DNA from: a virus
Virus record (IMG/VR): IMGVR_UViG_3300031911_000002
Location: 1-64,000 of that record
Direction: 5' to 3' (one strand)
Length of the DNA stretch: 64,000 nucleotides
In this document: piece after piece, positions 27,468 to 37,623 of the stretch
Layout: each line of letters begins with the position of its first letter
How positions within the stretch are numbered: position 1 is the first letter of the stretch
The notes under the pieces: model-generated
What the model saw: the letters and a program-made list of their open reading frames with translations, nothing else
The model's database searches: none
Told to the model about the DNA's origin: nothing
Program-made: the position numbers and the translations under genes

Positions 27468-27967
27468 TCACGGGATCGGCGCGCTGGTACACCGTGGGGG
27501 CCCGGATCGTCACCGCCGTCCGCACGGGACTCTCCGCGTCCGTCGCGCGCGCGGGACAGGTCCCCGGAGAGATCACCTGGGACGAGTGCAACTGTGACGG
27601 AGCCCTGTACGTCACGGTGCCCCGCGTCTACCTGTCGGAAGCGTTCCCCGCCGAGCAGGAGACGCCCGTGGGGGCCCGCTGCCGGGCTCCGTACGAGGTC
27701 GGGGAGTACACCGTGTCCGTGGTCCGCTGCGCCCCGCAGGCGGACGGTCAGAGCCTCGCTCCCTCCGTGACGGACCTCGACAACGCAGCGGGCCTGCTCC
27801 TCCAGGACATCGCCGAGACCATGGACGCCCTGGCGGTCCTGATGTGCTCGATGGACGACGCCGACGAGATCAGCGACTACCTGGTGACCCCTGCGGAGTC
27901 GGCCGGACCGAACGGCGACTGTGTCGGCTTCACCCTCCGCGTCCTCGTCGCGCTGGAGCGTCCCTGA
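27464..27967 (+). CDS. Tail completion/terminator-like protein
   Basis: Position; WDECNC, VVRC and GPNGDCVG motifs. Confidence 0.6.
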   Translation: MITGSARWYTVGARIVTAVRTGLSASVARAGQVPGEITWDECNCDGALYVTVPRVYLSEAFPAEQETPVGARCRAPYEVGEYTVSVVRCAPQADGQSLAPSVTDLDNAAGLLLQDIAETMDALAVLMCSMDDADEISDYLVTPAESAGPNGDCVGFTLRVLVALERP

Positions 27968-28326
27968 TGCCCGCAGCGAACATCGAGTGGCGGCCGGGCC
28001 CCGGCGCGCAGGCGCAGCTCGACGCCGAGGTGATGAAGTTCCTCCTCAGCCGCGCCCGGAGGGTGCAGCGCAACGCGCGCCGGATGGCCCCCGGCCGCAT
28101 GGGCAAGAAGGTCAACGCCGTCATCGTCGGCAAGCACGTGCGCATCGAGTCGTCGCACCCGGCGACCATGTACGTGATCAAGGGGACCCGCAAGCACATC
28201 ATCCGGCCCCGGTACCGCAAGGTGCTGAAGTTCACCTCCAGGGGCAACACGGTGTTCGCCAAGGTCGTCCACCACCCTGGCACCAAGCCGAACGACTTCC
28301 TGACCAAGGCCCTGCGGATGGGGTAG
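27967..28326 (+). CDS. Neck protein (HK97 gp10-like)
   Basis: Basic; GTRKHIIRP..VHHPGTKPNDFL. Confidence 0.7.
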   Translation: MPAANIEWRPGPGAQAQLDAEVMKFLLSRARRVQRNARRMAPGRMGKKVNAVIVGKHVRIESSHPATMYVIKGTRKHIIRPRYRKVLKFTSRGNTVFAKVVHHPGTKPNDFLTKALRMG

Positions 28327-28364
28327 CGAGCGATCATGGGCACCCCGTGCCCTATGCTCCGCCC

Positions 28365-28799
28365 ATGAGCGAGATCAAGGACTTCACCCGCAGGCGGAAG
28401 GCTCCGCAGTTCCGCATCGACGAGGACCTGTTCACGGCCGTCGCCGCGATTCCGGCGGAGGAGATGATCTCTTTCGCCGAGCAGATCACCACGGCCGACC
28501 CCACCCAGATGTCTCCGCGCGAACAGGTGAGCCTCCTGCGCAAGACGCTGGAGAACATGCTCGTGCCGGAGTCCCTCCTCCGGTTCCAGCAGCGCATGGC
28601 GGACAAGACCAACCCCATCGACATGGAGCAGCTCAACGACGTCGTTGAGTGGCTGTTCGAGGAGTACGGGCTCCGCCCTACGACCGGATCCAGCAGCTCG
28701 TCCAGTGGGGGCTCGCCCCCGGTACCTGGCATTACCTCGACGGACAGCATGCCGGACGTGGTGTCGATCTCCGCAGCCTCCCCCTCGACAGCTTCCTGA
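28365..28799 (+). CDS. Tail assembly chaperone
   Basis: Upstream of the tape measure gene; WLFEEYGLRPT followed by a Ser-rich tail. Confidence 0.7.
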   Translation: MSEIKDFTRRRKAPQFRIDEDLFTAVAAIPAEEMISFAEQITTADPTQMSPREQVSLLRKTLENMLVPESLLRFQQRMADKTNPIDMEQLNDVVEWLFEEYGLRPTTGSSSSSSGGSPPVPGITSTDSMPDVVSISAASPSTAS

Positions 28800-29047
28800 A
28801 CATCCTGTACGCCGCACGGGTCGACGCGCGCGAGGTGCGCGAGAACGAGAGTGCGGAAGCGGTGTCCCGGCAGCTGGACAACGAGATGGGCGTGGCGGAG
28901 TGGTGGACGCCGCTGCACACGCGCAGGCCCGGTCCGGTCCGGCCAAAGGTCACGGAGGACGGGCTGAAGGTTCCGTCGTGGTGGACGGACGACGAGACGG
29001 AGAGCCAGCAGATGCTGGCCGCACAGGGGGTGACACTCGATGGCTAG
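28676..29047 (+). CDS. Tail assembly chaperone extension (-1 frame, probable frameshift product)
   Basis: Overlapping -1 ORF (YLDG..DLRSLPLDSFLNILY..PSWW) without a clear RBS. Confidence 0.5.
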   Translation, partial: PYDRIQQLVQWGLAPGTWHYLDGQHAGRGVDLRSLPLDSFLNILYAARVDAREVRENESAEAVSRQLDNEMGVAEWWTPLHTRRPGPVRPKVTEDGLKVPSWWTDDETESQQMLAAQGVTLDG

Positions 29048-32000
29048 CATCCTGGTCGCCACAGGGTTCGTCCGGATCGAGTCGGACACCAAGCCCGCCC
29101 TGAAAGCGCTCAAGGGCTTCGGGTCCATCGCCGCCAGCGCGCTGACGACCACGCTCCTCCCGGCCACGGCTCTCGTGGCCACGGGGATCGGCGCGATCGG
29201 CGGCGCGCTGGCGTCCGCCGGAGCGGCGGCCGGAGCGTTCGGCGCTGCTGTCATCCCGCAGTTCCAGAAGATCACGGACGCGAACGAGAAGTACAAGACA
29301 GCCCAGGAGAAGAGCGCCAAGGCGGACCAGGCCAAGGCGTACGCCCAAAAGGTCGCCAAGAAGTTCGGCGTGGAGTACGGCGCCTCCATCAAGATCACGT
29401 CCAAGATGACGGACACCGCGCGCGAGGAGGCGCTGAAGTACAACAAGGCCCTGTCGGAGTCCAAGACGGCGTCCAACGCCGCGCGCAAGGCGCAGGACGA
29501 ATACAAGGCCAAGATGGCGGAGATGACCCCGGCGACGAGGGCGACCGCCAAGGAGTTCCTGGGGCTCAAGGACGACTTTGAACGGTGGTCCGACTCCCTC
29601 AGCGGCGCCACGATGCCGATCTTCACCCGCGCCCTGCAAGGGGTCCGCCGACTCCTGCCCAGCCTCACCCCGTTCGTCAGGTCGGCGGCCGGAGCGATCC
29701 AGGGATTCATGGACACCCTGGGGGAGGGGTCCGCCGGGCGGATCTTCCGCGAGTTCGGCGACAACATGCGCAAGAACGCCGGGGGTGCGCTCCGCGACTT
29801 CCTGTCCTTCGGCAAGGACATGGTGGCGGGGATCCTCGGGATCCTGAACGCGTTCGCCCCCTTCCAGGAGCGCGTGGGAGGGGGCATGGCCGAGATGGGC
29901 CAGCGGTTCGCCGACTGGAGCGCCAACCTGGGCTCCAGCGGGGGCTTCCAGACCTTCGTGCAGACCGCCGAGAACGCCGGGCCCAAGCTGGGGGATCTGT
30001 TTCGCTCCATCGCCGAGGCCATGGGGAAGATCTCCGACTCCGCCGGACCCCTGGCCGGGGTCGGAATCACCATCGCCGGTATCTTCGCGCAGATCATCGA
30101 CGCGATCCCCACCCCGGTCCTCCAGGTGCTGGTCCCCGCGATCCTCGCGGTGAACACAGCAATGAAGCTGTACGCGATCTACTCCGCTGCCGCGACAGCT
30201 GCCACGTGGCTGTTCACCACGTCGGTCACCACGAGCACGGGCGTGACCTACGCCAGCCGGGTCGTCCTCGTCGCGCACCGGATATCCCTCGTGGCGCACG
30301 CGCTGGCCAGCCGGATCGCGGCAGCTGCAACCGCCACCTTCAGCCTCGCGATGCGGGTCGCCTCCGGCGTCATGCTCGCCTTCCGGTACGGCCTCGTCGC
30401 GCTCCGTCTCGGTCTCGTGCTCACCGCGACCGGGTTCCGCCTGCTCGCCATCGCGATCATCAGTAACCCCATCGGACTGATCATCGCCGGAATCGCGCTG
30501 CTCGTGGGCGCCTTCATCCTCGCGTACAAGAAATCCGAGACGTTCCGCAACATCGTCAACAAGGCGATGGAGGGCGTGAAGAACGTGGCCGCCGCGATCG
30601 GCCGCTGGTTCGCCGGTCCCTTTGTCGACTTCTTCAAAAAGGCTTGGGACCTGTACTACAAGTTCCTGGTCCGGCCGTTCTTGTGGTTCTACACGGAAGC
30701 CGTGCCCGCAGCGGCCAAGTTCGTCTGGAACATCATCGTCCAGTACTGGAACTTCATCTGGGGCGCCGCTAAGACGGCCTGGGGTCTGTACTACAAGTTC
30801 CTGGTCAAGCCGTTCCTGTGGTTCTACCTGGAGGCCGTGCCGGGGGCCGCCAAGTTCGTCTGGAACAAGATCGTCCAGTTCTGGAACCTGATCGTCTCGG
30901 GGGTCCGGGCGGCGTGGGGTCTGTACCAGCGGTTCGTCATCCGGCCCATCATCAACTTCTTCACCCAGACGATCCCCGGCGCCGCGCGCGCCCTGCGCGA
31001 CCGGGTCGTGGGCGCCTGGAACGGCCTGCGCGACCGGGTCTCCGGAGTCTTCACCAGCATCAAGAACCGCGTCTTCAGTCCGATACGTACCTTTTTCACC
31101 CAGACGATCCCTGGCTGGGCCCGCACCCTGCGGGACAAGGTCAAAGGGTTCTTCTCCGACATGCGCGACGGCATCGGGGTGATCTGGAACGGGATCAAGA
31201 ACAAGGCCAAGTCGCCCATCAACTGGGTGCTGCGCAACGTGTGGAACAAAGGGATCGTCTCGGTCTGGGGGAAGATCGCAGGCTGGATCGGGATCAAGAA
31301 CGGGCTGAAGACGGTCAAGGAGCTGGCGGCCGGAGGGACGGTCGGCCGGTCCGGCATGGGGATCTTCAACCGGCCCACGGCCATCGTCGGCGAGGGCAAC
31401 CCGGCGTACCCGGAGTACGTGATCCCCACGGACCCGAAGTACGCCACCCGCGCGCGCGGGCTGTGGGAGGCGGCCGGAGCGCACTTCATGGAGGACGGGG
31501 GCATCCTCGGGACCCTCGGCAAGGCGGCCAGCAAGGTGACCGGGGCCGCGACCGGAGCGGCCAAGGGCGTCGCCGACTTCCTCGGGGACCCTGTCGGCAA
31601 GGCCAAGAAGCTGCTGCTGGCCTCCCTGTCGGGCATGTCCAAGCTGGGCAACTCCCCCTGGGTCAAGATGGCCACCAAGCTCCCCCGGATGGCCGTGGAC
31701 GGGCTCATCAAGGCGGTGAAGGACTCCGCCGGGGACATCCTCGGGGGCATCGGCAGCGCGGTCGGTCTCGGCTCCAGCGGGGGCTCCGGAGTGAAGAGGT
31801 GGGCCGGGGTCGTGCAGATGATGCTCCGGCAGGTCGGCCAGCCCGCCGCGTACACAGGCATCACGCTGCGCCGGATGAACCAGGAGTCTGGCGGCAACCC
31901 GACGATCGTCAACAAGTGGGACAGCAACTGGAAGGCCGGTCACCCGTCGGTCGGGCTGATGCAGGTGATCGGCCCGACGTTCCGTTCGTATGCGGGCAAG

Positions 32001-32381
32001 TACCGCAAGACGGGCCCGTTCCTGTACGGCGTGTCCGTCAATCCGGCCGCCAACATCTACTCCTCGATGCGGTACGCGCTGGCGGCCTACGGCTCCCTGC
32101 CCCGCGCCTACAACCGCAAGGGCGGGTACCGCAACGGGACCAACGGGACGGTCGGAGGCTGGCACCTGTTCGGGGAGGACGGCCCGGAGATGGGGTACAG
32201 CCCGGCAGGCTGGCGCGTCCTCAACGCGCGCCGGACGGCCGCTCTGGCGACCGGGGGCGGAGGGCTTACCGTGGAGCGGCTCGTCATCGAGAACCACGGG
32301 GTGATCGGCAGCCGCCAGGAGACCGAGGACTGGCTGGTGGAGTCGCTGACGTCGATCAAGCGGAAGGGGAGGCTGCCCTAG
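29040..32381 (+). CDS. Tape measure protein with C-terminal lytic transglycosylase domain
   Basis: 1113 aa; Ala/Gly-rich with Trp-periodic repeats; QESGGNP..GLMQVI SLT motif. Confidence 0.92.
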   Translation: MASILVATGFVRIESDTKPALKALKGFGSIAASALTTTLLPATALVATGIGAIGGALASAGAAAGAFGAAVIPQFQKITDANEKYKTAQEKSAKADQAKAYAQKVAKKFGVEYGASIKITSKMTDTAREEALKYNKALSESKTASNAARKAQDEYKAKMAEMTPATRATAKEFLGLKDDFERWSDSLSGATMPIFTRALQGVRRLLPSLTPFVRSAAGAIQGFMDTLGEGSAGRIFREFGDNMRKNAGGALRDFLSFGKDMVAGILGILNAFAPFQERVGGGMAEMGQRFADWSANLGSSGGFQTFVQTAENAGPKLGDLFRSIAEAMGKISDSAGPLAGVGITIAGIFAQIIDAIPTPVLQVLVPAILAVNTAMKLYAIYSAAATAATWLFTTSVTTSTGVTYASRVVLVAHRISLVAHALASRIAAAATATFSLAMRVASGVMLAFRYGLVALRLGLVLTATGFRLLAIAIISNPIGLIIAGIALLVGAFILAYKKSETFRNIVNKAMEGVKNVAAAIGRWFAGPFVDFFKKAWDLYYKFLVRPFLWFYTEAVPAAAKFVWNIIVQYWNFIWGAAKTAWGLYYKFLVKPFLWFYLEAVPGAAKFVWNKIVQFWNLIVSGVRAAWGLYQRFVIRPIINFFTQTIPGAARALRDRVVGAWNGLRDRVSGVFTSIKNRVFSPIRTFFTQTIPGWARTLRDKVKGFFSDMRDGIGVIWNGIKNKAKSPINWVLRNVWNKGIVSVWGKIAGWIGIKNGLKTVKELAAGGTVGRSGMGIFNRPTAIVGEGNPAYPEYVIPTDPKYATRARGLWEAAGAHFMEDGGILGTLGKAASKVTGAATGAAKGVADFLGDPVGKAKKLLLASLSGMSKLGNSPWVKMATKLPRMAVDGLIKAVKDSAGDILGGIGSAVGLGSSGGSGVKRWAGVVQMMLRQVGQPAAYTGITLRRMNQESGGNPTIVNKWDSNWKAGHPSVGLMQVIGPTFRSYAGKYRKTGPFLYGVSVNPAANIYSSMRYALAAYGSLPRAYNRKGGYRNGTNGTVGGWHLFGEDGPEMGYSPAGWRVLNARRTAALATGGGGLTVERLVIENHGVIGSRQETEDWLVESLTSIKRKGRLP

Positions 32382-34769
32382 ATGGCCATCGCCTTCAAAG
32401 CTGCGGGCGCCCGGACCAAGCTGGACGTGGCCACGCTTCCTCCTGGCGGAGGGTCCACGAGCGTGAGCGTCGCGCTCCCGGCCGGACACGCCAGCGGGGA
32501 CTGGCTCATCCTCGTCTACCTGGCGGACAACAACCTCAACCCGCCGACCCCCGCCGGGTGGACCCTGCTCGCTGTATCCAACCCCGCCCCGTCCACCCAG
32601 TCCCCGTACAAGGGGTACCCCCGCCTGATCGTCTGGCACCGGGTCGACAACGGGTCCCTGGGGGCATCGGTCAGCCTCTCCGTGAGCACACAGACGTGGC
32701 CCACCGGGGACCCGTACCTGATCGCGTTCACGGCCGCCTACACGGGCGTGGACACCACGGGTCCGATCGATACCTGGTCGCAGTCCTCCACGGTCTCGAC
32801 CGACGCGGCGTTCGCGCACCCGCAGCTCACCACGGCGGTGAACCAGGACTGGCTCCTGACCGTCCGGGCGGGCAGCTCTGGCGACACGGCGCAGACGTTC
32901 ACGATCTCGGGCGGCACCAACTCCGAACGCGTTGACGACAATGACGGGTTCGGCGAGCTGGGTGCGGCCCTGTACGACTCGAACGGGGGCCTGGCGCCGG
33001 GGCTCCAGACCCAGCGCACCACGACGTCCAGCGATGCGTTCCTGGAGTACGGGTCCGCAGGATTCTCCATCGCCCTCAAGCCCGCCTCCACGGCCACCGT
33101 GGTCAACGCGTCCGCCGGGACCGCGACGGCGGCCGGGACCGCGTACGACGCGACCGTGCAGGCCGTCTCGGGTCCCTGGGACCTGTGCTCCGTAGGAGGT
33201 CTGCCCCAGTACGCGTTCGAGGTGGACTGGGACGGCGACGGGTCGTTCAGCCCCGGCGACGACGTGACGCCCGACCTGATCTCCGAGGTCACCGCCACCT
33301 ACGGCCGGGACCAGGAGCGTCAGCTCAACCCGGCGGCCGTGGGCTCATCGGCGTTCACGCTCAACAACTCCAACGGGACGTACTACCCGGACGACCCGTC
33401 CTCGCCCCTGTTCGGGGACCTCAACCCCGCCCGCGAGATGCGGGCACAGGTGCAGTACGACACCACCACGTACCCCATCGCGCGAGGCCGGATCGACGAC
33501 TACGACCTGCGGGTGGACCGGGCCAACCGCACGGTGGAGTTCACGTTCCTGGACGGGCTCAACGATCTCCAGGGCGTGAAGCTGTCGACCGGGGTCTACA
33601 CAGCCATGCGGACCGGCGCGCTCATCGACACGATCCTGGACCTGGCCGGATGGACCGGCGGCCGGGACATCGACCTCGGGGCCACCGTGGTCCCGTACTG
33701 GTGGGCGGAGGGCACGGACGCGTTCGCCGCGATCAATGAGCTGGTGAAGTCGGAGGGCCCGCCGTCCATCGCCTACGTCGGCCCGGACAACACCTTCATC
33801 TTCCGGGACCGGCACCACCGGCTGCTGCGGACGGAGTCGGTCAGCGTCCAGGCGGAGTTCTCCGCACAGGCCGTGGGCTGTGACTCCCCCGCGTCGACCG
33901 GCCTGGACTTCACGGCGCCCTTCACCTACGCCCACGGCTGGAGGGACATCATCAACTCCGTCTCGTTCGACGTGCCGGAGCGGATCGTCAGCGGGGACCT
34001 GGAGGACGTCTGGACGTCGGAGGACACGATCTCCCTCGGCATCGGCCAGAGCACGGAGATCGCAATCTCCACGTCGGATCCGTTCGTGGACGCCGTCACC
34101 CCAGTGTCCGGGACGGACTACACGGTGTCCGGCGCCGGGACCCTGAACGTGGTCATGTCCCGGACCTCCGGCCAGTCCGTGAAGATCACCCTCCTGGCTG
34201 TGGGCGGCGCCGTGGTCGTGTCGTCCCTGAAGCTGCGCGCCAAGCCGATCACCGTGACCAAAACGATCAAGGTCACCCGCCAGGACACCGGCTCGATCAC
34301 CCTGCACGGCGAACGCGCCTACCCGGACGCGGCCCCGTGGGCGAACGCGAACGACGCCGACGCCATCGCCGGAATGGTCCTGCTCCAGTACGCGCAGAGG
34401 CGCCCCACGGTGCAGCTGAGAGTGGTCTCCGAGAACCCGGAGCACTTTGTCCAGCTCCTCACCCGGACGGTCAGCGACCGCATCCACATCACGCACGGCG
34501 AGGCCAGTCTGGACGCGGACTTTTTCGTGGAGAGGGTCACCCACACGGTCCGGCGCATCAACCAGGACGGCAAGCCTCCCGTGCACGCCGTGGTCTTCGG
34601 CTGTGAGCGGGACCTCGTCTCCACGGCGAACCCTTTCCGGTTCGACGTCCGTGGCTCGGGATTCGACCAGGGCGTGTTCGATCCGATCACGGCAGATAAT
34701 GCCTCGACCGTGTTCATCTTTGACCACCCCGCTCAGGGCGTGTTCGACACGGGCCTGTTCGGGACCTGA
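32382..34769 (+). CDS. Minor tail protein
   Basis: Follows the tape measure gene; Thr/Ser-rich; FEVDWDGDG, FTLNN and FRDR motifs. Confidence 0.8.
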   Translation: MAIAFKAAGARTKLDVATLPPGGGSTSVSVALPAGHASGDWLILVYLADNNLNPPTPAGWTLLAVSNPAPSTQSPYKGYPRLIVWHRVDNGSLGASVSLSVSTQTWPTGDPYLIAFTAAYTGVDTTGPIDTWSQSSTVSTDAAFAHPQLTTAVNQDWLLTVRAGSSGDTAQTFTISGGTNSERVDDNDGFGELGAALYDSNGGLAPGLQTQRTTTSSDAFLEYGSAGFSIALKPASTATVVNASAGTATAAGTAYDATVQAVSGPWDLCSVGGLPQYAFEVDWDGDGSFSPGDDVTPDLISEVTATYGRDQERQLNPAAVGSSAFTLNNSNGTYYPDDPSSPLFGDLNPAREMRAQVQYDTTTYPIARGRIDDYDLRVDRANRTVEFTFLDGLNDLQGVKLSTGVYTAMRTGALIDTILDLAGWTGGRDIDLGATVVPYWWAEGTDAFAAINELVKSEGPPSIAYVGPDNTFIFRDRHHRLLRTESVSVQAEFSAQAVGCDSPASTGLDFTAPFTYAHGWRDIINSVSFDVPERIVSGDLEDVWTSEDTISLGIGQSTEIAISTSDPFVDAVTPVSGTDYTVSGAGTLNVVMSRTSGQSVKITLLAVGGAVVVSSLKLRAKPITVTKTIKVTRQDTGSITLHGERAYPDAAPWANANDADAIAGMVLLQYAQRRPTVQLRVVSENPEHFVQLLTRTVSDRIHITHGEASLDADFFVERVTHTVRRINQDGKPPVHAVVFGCERDLVSTANPFRFDVRGSGFDQGVFDPITADNASTVFIFDHPAQGVFDTGLFGT

Positions 34770-34778
34770 GGAGGGACC

Positions 34779-35138
34779 TTGTTCGAGACACCCAGCGAGG
34801 TGCAGACCGTCGCCCGCGCGTACGTCTACAGCGGCGAGTGGGTGGCCGACTGCCCCCGTAGCTGCGGCAACGTGGAGTTCCTGTATACCCCGTCCCGGAT
34901 GAACGGGCCCCGTGACGTCCGGAGGCCGTTCTACCTGTGCTCCAACTGCGGGATCCAGTCGGGCATCGACTGGCCGGAGAGGGAGCACGAGATCATTCAG
35001 GTGCTCGCGCTCCGGCCGGTCCCCCAGACGCGGAACTGGTACCCGCAGGATCACCCGGTTGCCGTCAACTTCCGGATCCCCCACGGGCAGAGTGTGCGTG
35101 ACCTGCTCGATGAGAACGAAGCGCACGGGGTGCACTGA
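34779..35138 (+). CDS. Hypothetical Cys-containing tail-region protein
   Basis: GAGGAGG RBS, TTG start; WVADCP..C..CSNC..RNWYP. Confidence 0.6.
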   Translation: MFETPSEVQTVARAYVYSGEWVADCPRSCGNVEFLYTPSRMNGPRDVRRPFYLCSNCGIQSGIDWPEREHEIIQVLALRPVPQTRNWYPQDHPVAVNFRIPHGQSVRDLLDENEAHGVH

Positions 35139-35677
35139 TGACCTGGTCCGCGCCCATGACGGCGGTCGCCGGAGCGACCTTCACGGCCGCCGAGTTCAAC
35201 CAGTACGTCCGGGACAACCTCAACGAAACGGCCCCGGCGAAAGCCACAGCCGCCTCCCAGCTGTTCGTCTCCACCGGGGCGAACGCGATCACGACCCGGT
35301 CCCCGAGCACCACGTCGATATCCACGAACGAGAACACCACGAGCACGAGCTACACCGACCTGACGACACCGGGTCCGTCCCTGTCCGTCGCCTGCGGGAC
35401 GATCGCGCTCGTCTACTTCGCCGCCAGCCAGGCCAACGACACGGCCAACTCAGCGTGCCTGTCCTCCGTGGAGGTGACCGGCGCGTCCTCGGTGTCCGCG
35501 TCCGACAGCTGGGCTCTGCTCTCCGACGGGGTACAGGCGGGCAACTTCGTGAGGTACGGGATGTTCCATGTCTTCACGGGTCTCACCGCCGGGACGAACA
35601 CCTTCACGATGAAGTACCGCGCCGGGTCGTCCACGGCCCGGTTCCAGAGGCGAGAGATCGCCGTCATCCCCCTGTGA
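35138..35677 (+). CDS. Tail fibre/minor tail protein, paralog 1
   Basis: MTWSAPMTAVAG..FTAA.FN.YVRDNL N-terminus. Confidence 0.7.
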   Translation: MTWSAPMTAVAGATFTAAEFNQYVRDNLNETAPAKATAASQLFVSTGANAITTRSPSTTSISTNENTTSTSYTDLTTPGPSLSVACGTIALVYFAASQANDTANSACLSSVEVTGASSVSASDSWALLSDGVQAGNFVRYGMFHVFTGLTAGTNTFTMKYRAGSSTARFQRREIAVIPL

Positions 35678-35684
35678 GGATCCC

Positions 35685-35981
35685 GTGGCCACCGTCAAGC
35701 AGTACGCGCTCCAGGTCTGGCGGACCCAGACCGCCGTGAGCCAGAAACTCGGGTACGACCTGCGTCAGGCCGATCTGCCCCTGCGGGCATTCGCCGTCTC
35801 CGGGGCTGTGATCACCGGCTGCGTCCTGCGGATCCTGTTCCTCAAGGGGACCGCCACGGACAACGAGATGAGCACCGTGTTCACCAACGCGCGGGACGCC
35901 GACTACCCGCAGCTCCCCTACGGGCCCCCGGTCATCGACGAGGACAACCTGGAGCCTCCGGACCCGGATCTGGGGTCCTGA
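35685..35981 (+). CDS. Hypothetical protein
   Basis: GAGG RBS; stop overlaps the next start. Confidence 0.55.
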   Translation: MATVKQYALQVWRTQTAVSQKLGYDLRQADLPLRAFAVSGAVITGCVLRILFLKGTATDNEMSTVFTNARDADYPQLPYGPPVIDEDNLEPPDPDLGS

Positions 35982-36553
35982 TGGCGTGGACAGCCCCGTT
36001 CACAGCGGTCGCCGGGTCCGTCTTCACGGCGGCGCAGTGGAACACCTTCATCCGGGACAACCTGGCCGAGACCATGCCGTCCCGAGCGACGTCCGCCGGG
36101 TCCTGGTTCGCCGCGTCCGACACGAACCGGATCGTCCAGCGCACCCCCGCGTCGATCATCGACACCCAGTCCGTCGACTTCACGTCCACGTCGTTCGGGG
36201 ACCCCGAGAACGAGAACTCCACGGAGCGCCCCTCCACCCCCGGCCCGGCCGTCACGGTCCTGACGGGGGTACAGGCTCTGGTGGGGTACCGCGTCAACAT
36301 CCGTAACGCGTCCGTCAGCGCCCGGTGCGAGGCCAGTTACGAGATCTCGGGGGAGACGAGCGTGGAGACGTCCAAGACGAGGTCCATCGGCTACTCCGTG
36401 TCCAACTCCGCATCCGGCCTGAACCTGCGGGCCGGGTGGATGGACCTCGCGACGGAGCTGACTCCGGGCCTGAACACCTTCACCCTCAAGTACAACGTCA
36501 GCTCCGGATCCGGCGTGGTCAACGACCGGCGCCTGTTCGTCGTCCCGCTCTAA
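35981..36553 (+). CDS. Tail fibre/minor tail protein, paralog 2
   Basis: MAWTAPFTAVAG..RDNL; LTPG.NTF.LKY C-terminus. Confidence 0.7.
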   Translation: MAWTAPFTAVAGSVFTAAQWNTFIRDNLAETMPSRATSAGSWFAASDTNRIVQRTPASIIDTQSVDFTSTSFGDPENENSTERPSTPGPAVTVLTGVQALVGYRVNIRNASVSARCEASYEISGETSVETSKTRSIGYSVSNSASGLNLRAGWMDLATELTPGLNTFTLKYNVSSGSGVVNDRRLFVVPL

Positions 36554-36563
36554 GGAGACCGCC

Positions 36564-37115
36564 GTGGCCTGGACAGCCCCCATGACTGCCATTGCCGGAG
36601 CCGTGTTCCAGGCCGCGCAGTTCAACACCTACGTCCGCGACAACCTCAACGAGACCGCACCGGCCAAGGCCACCACGCCCGGCTCCATCTTCGCCGTCTC
36701 GGGGACGAACCAGATCGCGGAGCGCATCCCCGGCGCCGCCATCGACACCGGCACCGCCACCTTCACGTCCACCACGTTCGCCGACCCGGCCACCGGCTCC
36801 GCCGGACCGTCCGTCACGGTCACGACAGGGGTGCAGGCGCTCGTCGGATACCGTTCCTACCTGGAGGTACCGTCCACGACGGCCCGTGTGGAGGCCAGCT
36901 ACTCGATCTCCGGGGCGACCACGCGCGCGGCCTCCACGACACGGTCCGTCGGGTATTCGGTGTCCAACAGCGTCAACGGCCTCAAGACCCGGACCGGCGT
37001 GGTGGACCTGGCCACGGGCCTCACGCCCGGATCGAACACGTTCAAGCTGGAGTACAACGTCAGTTCCGGGACCGGCACGGCCGCCGACCGGAGGCTGTGG
37101 GTGCTCCCCCTGTGA
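36564..37115 (+). CDS. Tail fibre/minor tail protein, paralog 3
   Basis: MAWTAPMTAIAG..RDNL; AAGGAG RBS. Confidence 0.7.
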   Translation: MAWTAPMTAIAGAVFQAAQFNTYVRDNLNETAPAKATTPGSIFAVSGTNQIAERIPGAAIDTGTATFTSTTFADPATGSAGPSVTVTTGVQALVGYRSYLEVPSTTARVEASYSISGATTRAASTTRSVGYSVSNSVNGLKTRTGVVDLATGLTPGSNTFKLEYNVSSGTGTAADRRLWVLPL

Positions 37116-37124
37116 GAGGGACGT

Positions 37125-37436
37125 ATGGACTACACAGCGATGCTCACTCCGTCCCTCGGGGCCGGGGGCCTGCTCGCCGTCGTCATCTACATGATCTTCA
37201 CGGGGAGGCTCGTCCCCCGGAGTCAGGTCGACGACATGCGCGCCGACAAGGACCGTCAGATAGACCTGTGGAAAGCTGCGTACGACAAGGCCATCGAGGG
37301 CCAGGAAGTACAGCGGGACCACATCACGGCCCTCATGGAGGCGAACCGGACGACCACCCGCGTCATACAGGCGCTGCCGGTGGGAGCAATGAACGAAAGG
37401 GGGCCTCATGCCCTGGCTGAGGCGGAGGAGGAGTGA
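37125..37436 (+). CDS. Membrane protein of lysis module
   Basis: One TM helix (GAGGLLAVVIYMIFTGRLVPR) plus a coiled coil. Confidence 0.65.
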   Translation: MDYTAMLTPSLGAGGLLAVVIYMIFTGRLVPRSQVDDMRADKDRQIDLWKAAYDKAIEGQEVQRDHITALMEANRTTTRVIQALPVGAMNERGPHALAEAEEE

Positions 37437-37623
37437 GCGTCTCCCGGCCGCGACCGCCGGGCAGGCCGAGGCGTCCAAGGCGCTCGGCAAGGCTGAGGAG
37501 TCCCTGGAGGACGCTCAGGACGCCGGTCGTGAGATCATGGCGGCCGTACGGAGGCTGAAGCGCCTGGGAGACGACAACGACTTCGCCGCGCGGATCTCCA
37601 GAGCGATGGGAGGCTCCCCGTGA
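37408..37623 (+). CDS. Small lysis-module protein
   Basis: MPWLRRRR..DNDFAARI pattern; overlaps neighbours. Confidence 0.55.
   Translation: MPWLRRRRSERLPAATAGQAEASKALGKAEESLEDAQDAGREIMAAVRRLKRLGDDNDFAARISRAMGGSP

Noticed and set aside
28950-32819. 1289-aa minus-strand ORF; similar long antisense ORFs at 22184-25387, 17053-19089, 1470-3878 and 56109-58208
   Set aside because: Shadow frames of real genes caused by high GC3; no recognisable motifs.
35138-37115. Diversity-generating retroelement acting on the tail paralogs
   Set aside because: No reverse transcriptase and no TR/VR pair differing only at adenines.
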